From NCBI GenBank assembly GCA_031364845.1, contig JANLWX010000164.1, positions 1 through 19,929 of the forward strand: a DNA stretch of 19,929 bases, in the 5' to 3' direction. This document shows positions 7,839 through 14,532 of the stretch, one piece after another. The DNA comes from Candidatus Eiseniibacteriota bacterium (GTDB taxonomy: Bacteria > Eisenbacteria > RBG-16-71-46). Under the pieces are notes generated by a model. That model saw only the letters and a list, made by a program, of their open reading frames with translations, was not told the DNA's origin and ran no database searches. The position numbers were made by a program, and so were the translations under genes. Position 1 is the stretch's first letter. Every line of letters begins with the position of its first letter.

Positions 7839-8667
7839 GGGCGACACCATCTTTCGCGCGGCGCGCACGATGGATCGCGCGCTCGCCGGACACGAGGTCA
7901 CGCGATTCGCGTCGGTCTACCCGGCACTCACCCGCATCGACGAGGATGCGCCGCTCGCCGGACGCATGGTCGAGCGCGTGGAGGCCCGCGGCAAGCATCT
8001 GCTGATCGTGCTGAGCGGCGGACTGACGTTGCGCACGCACATGCGGATGAGCGGAAGCTGGCATCTCTACCGGCCCGGCGAATCCTGGCAGCTGCCGCGC
8101 GCGGCCATGCGGATCGTGATGGCGACCGGCACGTTCGTCGCGGTTGCGTTCAACGTTCAGGAGGCGGAGTTCCTCGATGCCGAGGGCATGCGCCGCCAGC
8201 GCGCCTTGAGGACACTCGGTCCCGATCTGCTCGGCACGGAATTCAACGAGGACGAGGCGATGCGGCGCCTGCGGCAGTCACCGATGGCGATCGCCGAGAC
8301 GCTCTTGAGCCAGCGCGTCGTGGCCGGCATCGGCAACGTGTACAAATCCGAGGTGTTGTTCCTCGAGCATGTCCATCCGGAGCAAGCGACGGCAGTTCTC
8401 GCCGATGAGTGCCTGCTCCGGCTGTTGCGCACCGCCCGCGCGCTGCTGCAGGCGAACGTGATCGAAGACTCCGGAGACACCATGACGACGTGGCGCGGAC
8501 TGCGGCGCACGACGCGGCGCAGTGATCCGGCCGAGCGCCTGTGGGTCTATGGGCGCAGCGGACAGCCGTGCCGCCGCTGCCGGACGCCGATCGCGTTCCG
8601 CAAGACGGGTCCCGATGCGCGCGTCACCTACTGGTGCCCTGCGTGCCAGCCCGAGTCCGCGGCCTGA
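7831..8667 (+). CDS. nei: Fpg/Nei family DNA glycosylase/AP lyase (endonuclease VIII-like, Nei2-type)
   Basis: N-terminal catalytic PEG; RGKHLL; HMRMSGSW; LGPDLL; H2TH LLSQRVVAGIGNVYKSE; C4 zinc finger CRRC...CPAC. GTG start overlaps the lhr 3' end by 8 nt. Confidence 0.95.
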   Translation: MPEGDTIFRAARTMDRALAGHEVTRFASVYPALTRIDEDAPLAGRMVERVEARGKHLLIVLSGGLTLRTHMRMSGSWHLYRPGESWQLPRAAMRIVMATGTFVAVAFNVQEAEFLDAEGMRRQRALRTLGPDLLGTEFNEDEAMRRLRQSPMAIAETLLSQRVVAGIGNVYKSEVLFLEHVHPEQATAVLADECLLRLLRTARALLQANVIEDSGDTMTTWRGLRRTTRRSDPAERLWVYGRSGQPCRRCRTPIAFRKTGPDARVTYWCPACQPESAA

Positions 8668-8675
8668 CGGCTCGC

Positions 8676-8708
8676 CCGCGGCCTGCCTCGCAGCGCAAGC
8701 GGCCGCGG
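8676..8708. terminator. Weak inverted repeat between the convergent nei and kinase genes
   Basis: CCGCGGCC (8676-8683) and GGCCGCGG (8701-8708) lie in the 42-nt gap. The loop is large and there is no U-tract. Confidence 0.25.
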
Positions 8709-8709
8709 C

Positions 8710-10590
8710 TCACAACCCCGCAAGGATCGACCGCACGTCCTCCGCGGCCACCGGCTTCACCATGTGATGGTCGAACCCGGAATCGCGTGATCGTTGCTTG
8801 TCGTCGTCCTGGCCCCAGCCGGTCACCGCGATCAGCACCAGCGGGCGCCCGTCCTCGAGTCCCCGCAGGCGGCGCGCCAGATCGTAGCCGTTGATTCGCG
8901 GCAGACCGATGTCGAGGAACGCGATCTCCGGCCGGAAACGGGCGGCGACCTCCAGCGCCTCCTGACCATCGTGCGCCAGCTGCACTTCGTGGCCCATCGC
9001 GCGCAGGATCAGCGAAAAGCTCGAGATGAAATCCACGTTGTCGTCGGCGATGAGGATGCGCCGGCTCGATCCGGACTCGGGCGCACGAGCGGCGGAGTCG
9101 TCGCTCGCCGGCGCCGCCGTGGTCTCGACGACGACCGGCATCGCGATCACGAAACGGGTTCCGTGCCCGAGCCCCTCGCTGAATGCTTCGAGCGTGCCGC
9201 CGTGCAGTTCGACCAGGCGCCGCGCCAGCGACAGTCCCACCCCGAGGCCGGCGTGCTGGCGCTCGAGCGAACGATCGAGCTGGGCGAACATGTCGAAGAT
9301 CAGCGGCAGCTTTTCGGCGGGGATTCCGATGCCGGTGTCGGTGACCGTGACCTCGAGGATCTTGCCGCGCGTGATCGCGGCGAACCCGAGCCGGCCCCCG
9401 GGCTCGGTGAACTTCGCGGCATTGTGCAGCAGATTCAGGAACACCTGCGCCAGTCGCGTCGCATCGGCCCAGATCTGCACCGGCTCGTCCGGCAGCGACA
9501 CCGACAGCTCGAGCCGGCGCGACTCGATGAACGGCGTGGCCGCATCGAGCGCGCTCTGCACCACGGTCTGCAGTGCGACGGATTCACTCTGGAGCGACAG
9601 CTTGCCCGTGGTGATGCGCGAAACGTCGAGCAGGTCGTCGACGAGCCGCACCATCTGGCGCAGCTGGCGGTCCATGATATCGCGCGCGAGGCTCGAGACC
9701 TTGGGATCGCTACCCTGGACGCGCAGGATCTCGAGCGCGTTGCGCAGCGGAGCGAGTGGATTGCGCAGCTCGTGCGCGAGTGTGGCGAGGAACTCGTCCT
9801 TGCGCTGATCGGCCGCCAGCAGCGCCAGCTCGGCATCCTGGCGGATTGCCATCTCGTGCTCGAGCGTGCGGTTGGTGGTCTCGAGCGCCGCGGCGCGGTT
9901 CCCCATCTCGATCAGCATGTCGTTGAACGCGTCGACCAGATACCCGATCTCGTCGTCGGTGGTCTTGGCGACGCGCAGCGAGAAATCGCGCCGCTCCTTC
10001 ACCTGATGCGCGGCGTCCGACAGCATGAGGATCGGCCGCGTGACCGACGCCTGCAGCCAGTACGAGAGCAGCACGGCGACCAGCAGGCTCACGATCAGCG
10101 CGGCGCCCACGATCGCGAGGTAGGTGCGAAGGCGCTCGATCGCCTCGTAGCGCGCGCGCAGGAAGATGGTCCCAATGAGCCGGCCGTTGTCGGACACCTG
10201 CTTGAACAGCAGGATGCGATCACCGGAGATCCGGTGACCGTCGGGTTCGGGACGTTCGGGGAAACTCGCATCGGCGACACTGTCGCGCGCGTACGCGGCG
10301 AACAATACCCCGTCGGCATCGTAGAGCGCTCCGGCGGTGATCCGCGGCCGGACTCTCAGAAGCTCGAGATTCTGCGCCGCCGCTTCGGGGTCGTTGAAGT
10401 CGAGCGCGGCCCCGCTCGCGCGACCGACGATGTCGGCCTGGGCTTCGAGGTCGTTCACCCACGACTGCTGATACGTGCGCAGATCGTAGATCACGAGCAC
10501 GACGGCCGTGATGGACAGCGCGATGAGCGTGGTCGCGACCACCGCCATCATGAGCTTCCCACGAATCGAGCGCGATGCGGGTGCGAGCAT
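8710..10590 (-). CDS. Membrane hybrid sensor histidine kinase (626 aa): TM, YfiN-like (CHASE8-type) periplasmic sensor, TM, HAMP, HisKA, HATPase, REC
   Basis: Two hydrophobic helices flank AALDFNDPEAAAQNL. HAMP DEIGYLVDAFNDML; H-box LAHELRNPL; N-box NLLHNAAKFT; DTGIGI; GLGVGL; receiver IADDN...FLDIGLP...AVTG...VKP. Start moved from 10749 to the ATG at 10590 (or GTG 10593), which overlaps the upstream gene's TGA. Confidence 0.93.
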   Translation of the reverse strand: MLAPASRSIRGKLMMAVVATTLIALSITAVVLVIYDLRTYQQSWVNDLEAQADIVGRASGAALDFNDPEAAAQNLELLRVRPRITAGALYDADGVLFAAYARDSVADASFPERPEPDGHRISGDRILLFKQVSDNGRLIGTIFLRARYEAIERLRTYLAIVGAALIVSLLVAVLLSYWLQASVTRPILMLSDAAHQVKERRDFSLRVAKTTDDEIGYLVDAFNDMLIEMGNRAAALETTNRTLEHEMAIRQDAELALLAADQRKDEFLATLAHELRNPLAPLRNALEILRVQGSDPKVSSLARDIMDRQLRQMVRLVDDLLDVSRITTGKLSLQSESVALQTVVQSALDAATPFIESRRLELSVSLPDEPVQIWADATRLAQVFLNLLHNAAKFTEPGGRLGFAAITRGKILEVTVTDTGIGIPAEKLPLIFDMFAQLDRSLERQHAGLGVGLSLARRLVELHGGTLEAFSEGLGHGTRFVIAMPVVVETTAAPASDDSAARAPESGSSRRILIADDNVDFISSFSLILRAMGHEVQLAHDGQEALEVAARFRPEIAFLDIGLPRINGYDLARRLRGLEDGRPLVLIAVTGWGQDDDKQRSRDSGFDHHMVKPVAAEDVRSILAGL

Positions 10591-11144
10591 CACGGGCTTC
10601 CGGTGACGACCGAGTGTGCGACTCCCAGCAGGCGTGAACTCAGCGCAAGCCCGTGGCGCTCGGCCTGGCCGAGGGAGATCTCGAACCGCACGCGGGCATT
10701 GCGGAGCACGAAGTTGATCATGCTCCCTTCGGTGAGCGCACCCTCCCATTCGGTGACGACCAGGACCTGGCGCAGCTGGATGTCGCGCATGAGTTGCGCC
10801 ATCTGCGAACTCGCGGGCCGCGCGACGAACAGCATCTGAAGGCCTTCGACCGAGTCACGCTCCGCGAGCGCGGTGACGAGCACCCGCCGCGTTCCGATCA
10901 TGCGGTCCGCCACAACGCTCGCCAGTTCGCGAGCGAGCGCGTCGTCTCCCACGACGCCGATCGTGAAGGGCGCATCGGCCGTGGGGAACGCCGACGACTG
11001 CCATTCGACATAGCCGCCGAACTTATAGAGGAACGCCGCCTTCACGCCGCGCTCGAGCGACGCGGAGCGCCCGTCGGCCAGGGCGGAAACCACGCCGAGC
11101 ATCGCGAAGGCGACGGACATCACGATCAGCTTGCGGATCATCAT
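10590..11144 (-). CDS. yfiR: YfiR/HmsC-family (DUF4154) periplasmic protein (184 aa)
   Basis: Signal peptide MMIRKLIVMSVAFAMLGVVSALA. Family motifs VKAAFLYKFGGYVEW and MINFVLRNARVRFEI...GLALSSRLL. Start moved from 11228 to 11144 (or 11141). The symbol denotes family membership, not proven orthology. Confidence 0.9.
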   Translation of the reverse strand: MMIRKLIVMSVAFAMLGVVSALADGRSASLERGVKAAFLYKFGGYVEWQSSAFPTADAPFTIGVVGDDALARELASVVADRMIGTRRVLVTALAERDSVEGLQMLFVARPASSQMAQLMRDIQLRQVLVVTEWEGALTEGSMINFVLRNARVRFEISLGQAERHGLALSSRLLGVAHSVVTGSP

Positions 11145-11172
11145 CGGAGCCGAAAGCCCTCTCGCAGCCGTC

Positions 11173-13095
11173 TCATAATCTCCACAGGAATTCGAAGAAC
11201 GCCGCCCGCCGGTATTCGGGGCGCACACCCGGCACGCCCCACTCGGGATGCAGCGCGTCCAACAGGTTATGACCGGTGACTGCGAGTTCGAGCGCGGGAC
11301 CGAACCTCCAGCCGATGCGTCCGTCGACGGCGGTGTAGGCGGGAACGCTTGGATTCGGAAGCGCTCCGACCCTCCGCACGATCACGTCGAGGCCGCCGGA
11401 CTTTCCGAGATCGAGCGACGATCGGAACAGCAGCCAGTACTTCGGATCGTTCCCGAGGCTCGCGAGGCTTCTGACGTCGTTGCTGCCGTCGAGGCGCAGT
11501 TGCTTGTCCTGGCGCACGCCGCCGAGTGTGAGCCGCAGCGCGTTCACGATGCGGTAGCTGCCCCACGTGCCGATGCCGGTATTCGAGCCATCGATGCGGT
11601 TCGCGAACACCGGTCCCGCGGTCCCGGGCTCGATCGATCTCAGCCGGTCGAATTCATGATGGAATCCGGTGACTGAGTACGATAGCCGCGTCGTCGGCTG
11701 CGCCCGATATCCCAACTCGAAGACCTGAGCGACTTCGGACTGGAAGTCGGGTCCCCCCGCGATCACGAAATGTGGAGGGTTGGCGGGTGAGAAGAATTCA
11801 CGGTCGATCCGGGAAGGCGCCCGCACCGGGCGGGACCACGATCCCCACAGCAGGCGATCGGCCTGGGGCCGGAATGCCAGCCCCACTTCGGGCAGGACCT
11901 CGAGTCCGGTGAACGCGTTGCGTTCGAGTTTGATGCCAGTCGTGAGGTCGACTCGCGGATCGAGCCGGATGACGTCCTGAACGAACACGTTCGCGAAGTC
12001 GAGATCCTCATTCGCGGGCCGAAATGCAAAGGCCGGCGACAGGTTCTTCACGACGTCCTCCTGATGACGGGCGCCGGCGCCCCACAGGATGCTGTGGCGC
12101 TCGAACATGCTGATCTCGTGCTGGAATTCGACGTCGAACGTGTTGAGCTGCTCGGTGATCGCCCCCGGCTGGTAGCGCTCGGTGTGATCGAAGTAGATCT
12201 GCGCACTCAGGTTGAGACCGCGGTCGAGTTCGCGAGACCAGCGACCGAGCACGTTTGCGCCGCTGACCGTCCGCTCGGTCGCGCCTTGATCGATGTTGCC
12301 GTGCGAGGCATCTCCGAGCACCGTGAACGAATTACGATCGTTGCCCCAGTCCGAGCGGAACCCGGCCTGGCCGCGCTCATAGGCGTCTCCGACTTCGGTC
12401 CGGTTCGCGCGGATCGTGCTGTTGCGGCCGTACGCCTGTCCGTACACGCGATAGTGACCCGCATTACCGAGCGTGCCTCCGTAACGCGCGCCCCCAGCCT
12501 TGGCGATGGTTCCTGCCCCGCCCGTGATCAGACCGCCGGCGGTCGCCTGTGCCGAGCGCGTGATGATGTTGATGATCCCGTTCACCGCATTCGATCCCCA
12601 CAGCGATCCGCCGGGCCCTCCCACCACCTCGATGCGCTCGACATCCTCGAGCATGACGCCGTGTGCATCCCAGAACACGCCGCTGAACAGCGGCGAGTAC
12701 ACGGTGCGGCCGTCGATCATCACGAGCAGTTTGTTCGCGAGCACACTGTTGAAACCGCGCGCGGTGATGGCGTATTGCACCGCGTCCGCACGCGCGACCT
12801 GCAGATTGGGCGCGAGCCGCAGCGCCTCGGGCAGCGTGTTGGCGCCGGAGCGGCGGATCTCGTCGCGGTCGATGACGAACACGGCGGCAGGAGCTTCGGT
12901 CAGACGCTGGGCGCGTCGGGACACCGAGGTGACCTCGATGTTGCTCAGTTCCTCGAGCGTGAGATCAGCGAAATTTCCTGCCATCGGTTCCCGAGCCGAT
13001 GCGATGGCCGGCATCAGTGCAGCCAGCGCGAACATCGCCGCCCACACTTGCCACCGCCGCGAGCCTTCCGCGAGCGTCATGAACATCAATCGCAT
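11173..13095 (-). CDS. TonB-dependent outer-membrane receptor (plug + barrel, 640 aa)
   Basis: AAGGAG upstream of ATG 13095; signal peptide ending ASA. Plug motifs LEELSNIEVTSVSRR, APAAVFVI...LPEALRLAP, LLVMIDGR, ERIEVVGGPGGSLWGSNAVNGIINIITR. C-terminal NLLD...FFEFLWRL. Confidence 0.93.
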   Translation of the reverse strand: MRLMFMTLAEGSRRWQVWAAMFALAALMPAIASAREPMAGNFADLTLEELSNIEVTSVSRRAQRLTEAPAAVFVIDRDEIRRSGANTLPEALRLAPNLQVARADAVQYAITARGFNSVLANKLLVMIDGRTVYSPLFSGVFWDAHGVMLEDVERIEVVGGPGGSLWGSNAVNGIINIITRSAQATAGGLITGGAGTIAKAGGARYGGTLGNAGHYRVYGQAYGRNSTIRANRTEVGDAYERGQAGFRSDWGNDRNSFTVLGDASHGNIDQGATERTVSGANVLGRWSRELDRGLNLSAQIYFDHTERYQPGAITEQLNTFDVEFQHEISMFERHSILWGAGARHQEDVVKNLSPAFAFRPANEDLDFANVFVQDVIRLDPRVDLTTGIKLERNAFTGLEVLPEVGLAFRPQADRLLWGSWSRPVRAPSRIDREFFSPANPPHFVIAGGPDFQSEVAQVFELGYRAQPTTRLSYSVTGFHHEFDRLRSIEPGTAGPVFANRIDGSNTGIGTWGSYRIVNALRLTLGGVRQDKQLRLDGSNDVRSLASLGNDPKYWLLFRSSLDLGKSGGLDVIVRRVGALPNPSVPAYTAVDGRIGWRFGPALELAVTGHNLLDALHPEWGVPGVRPEYRRAAFFEFLWRL

Positions 13096-13229
13096 CGAAC
13101 GTGCTCCTTCACGTGAGTTTCTTGGCGCGCGCGCCATCCCTGGAAGACGGAAGGGCGTGAGGGCGCCGCAACCGCTCAGCCATTGGAGAGAACTCTCATG
13201 GCTTTAAAAAGCATCGAGTTGCGTCGATC

Positions 13230-13238
13230 AGTCTAGCA
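13230..13238 (-). promoter_or_regulatory. Extended -10 promoter candidate for the TBDR-yfiR-kinase operon
   Basis: Minus strand TG-C-TAGACT at 13238-13230, about 135 nt upstream of ATG 13095. Confidence 0.45.
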
Positions 13239-13322
13239 TACCGCCTGAGCGTGTTGACCTCTCGTGGCCGCGACCGTTGGCGCTCGCACCGCTCCCCGAC
13301 ATACCGCTTAGGCTCCCCAATG

Positions 13323-13356
13323 CGAAGGCCCGCGGAGAACGTTCCGCGGGCCTTCG
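13323..13356 (-). terminator. Perfect 14-bp hairpin downstream of the Cbp1-like gene, putative terminator
   Basis: CGAAGGCCCGCGGA (13323-13336) pairs with TCCGCGGGCCTTCG (13343-13356), 6-nt loop, 22 nt after the stop at 13379. No clear U-tract. Confidence 0.6.
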
Positions 13357-13378
13357 GGTTCATCTTCGAAGCAAAGAA

Positions 13379-14251
13379 CTATGCGGTCATGATGACCAGG
13401 TGCTTCACCTTGCGAAACTCCTTGGGATCGAGGATGCGCAACTCGACCTGACCGTTCTCGATCTTGACCTCGTAGCTCGAGAGCGGCTGCGGGCTCAGGA
13501 CTTCGACCCTGGTGGCCGGTGCGCGCACCACGGTTTCCTGATCGGTGTCGAGAGCCGTGAACTGACCGTTGTCGAACTGACCCGAGAGCTTGAGCGTCTT
13601 GCCGATGCCCAGCACGCCACCCTTGGCCTCGATCACGCCCGACGAAGAGAGTTCCTTCTTGCTGCCGATGATGTAGTAGATTGTACCGAGCTCGCGGCGC
13701 TTGTCTTCGATCTCCTGCTGATCCTGCGCCACGGTGGTCTCCAGGCCCTGGACCGTCGTCGACAGCCCCGCGACCTGCGTCTGCAGCGAGTCGACCTGGC
13801 CTGTGAGCATCGCGATGTGTTCCTGCTTCGCGACCACGTCCTGCTTCAGGTTCTTGATCAGACGCTGCAGCCCTTTCGCGCGCGTTCCGCTCGCTTCGAG
13901 GCTCGCTTCGAGATCACTGATCTTGGTCTTCGTGCGCAGAATGCTGGCGTTGAGCAGCGCGATGCTCTCGAGCGCTTCCGCGCGGCTCGGCTGGGACAGG
14001 CGCTGCTCCGTACGCAGCCCTTCCTGCTTGAGCTGGACGGCGCCGTCGGCGTCGCTGATCGCGTTGAGGCTATCCTGGATCTCGGCGATCGCGTTGAACG
14101 CCTCGGCATAGTGAGTGCGCGAGGTTTCCTCGGCCGCCTTCACGTCCGCGTAGTTGGCCGAAGTGACCTGATACTTCTGATAGAGCACGGCGACGGAAAC
14201 GGCCAGCACGGCGATCACAGCGTACATGGCGATGGTTGCGGGTTTACGCAT
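13379..14251 (-). CDS. Membrane-anchored coiled-coil protein (290 aa), Cbp1-family (Bacteroidota collagen-binding adhesin)-like
   Basis: Strong SD GAGGAGG. N-terminal hydrophobic helix, then a long heptad-rich region. C-terminal domain YYIIGSKKEL...GGVLGIGK...FTALD...PLSSYEV...LRILDPKEF...LVI resembles the recalled Cbp1-family C-terminus. Confidence 0.75.
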   Translation of the reverse strand: MRKPATIAMYAVIAVLAVSVAVLYQKYQVTSANYADVKAAEETSRTHYAEAFNAIAEIQDSLNAISDADGAVQLKQEGLRTEQRLSQPSRAEALESIALLNASILRTKTKISDLEASLEASGTRAKGLQRLIKNLKQDVVAKQEHIAMLTGQVDSLQTQVAGLSTTVQGLETTVAQDQQEIEDKRRELGTIYYIIGSKKELSSSGVIEAKGGVLGIGKTLKLSGQFDNGQFTALDTDQETVVRAPATRVEVLSPQPLSSYEVKIENGQVELRILDPKEFRKVKHLVIMTA

Positions 14252-14532
14252 GGTTCCCTCCTCGACAATTCAAAAGTGCGACCCGAACGGTGGACCAGTG
14301 GCCCGGAACAATGAATCCATTAATCGATGCATCACTCGCGCGTGAGCCGGCAGGATCACGCGCCGGCCGACTTCGCAACAGAGAGTTGAACACCAGATGG
14401 GCGTGCTTGTGTCATCGACGGTCCAGCATTTACAGAATCCTGATCACTCGATCGAAGACAGGGGACAATGTTTCAGAGTGAAAGACGCAGCTGTCAATTC
14501 TTTGAAAGCATTGCCCTGTGTCGGCGCCGGGT

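Noticed and set aside
8794..10839. 681-aa plus-strand ORF (also 12064..13116 and 13277..14314)
   Set aside because: Antisense mirrors of the kinase, TBDR and Cbp1-like genes, which carry the real family motifs.
11173..11200. TBDR ends in Leu (FFEFLWRL) rather than Phe
   Set aside because: The alternating hydrophobic beta-signal pattern is intact, so this is not evidence of truncation or pseudogenisation.
14470..14525. Minus-strand CACAGGGCAA...AAAG resembling the start of a c-di-GMP-I riboswitch, plus a perfect TTGACA at 14497-14492
   Set aside because: The GAAA-capped stem and GACGCAAA motif are missing. The TTGACA has no good -10 at 16-18 nt, so neither was called.
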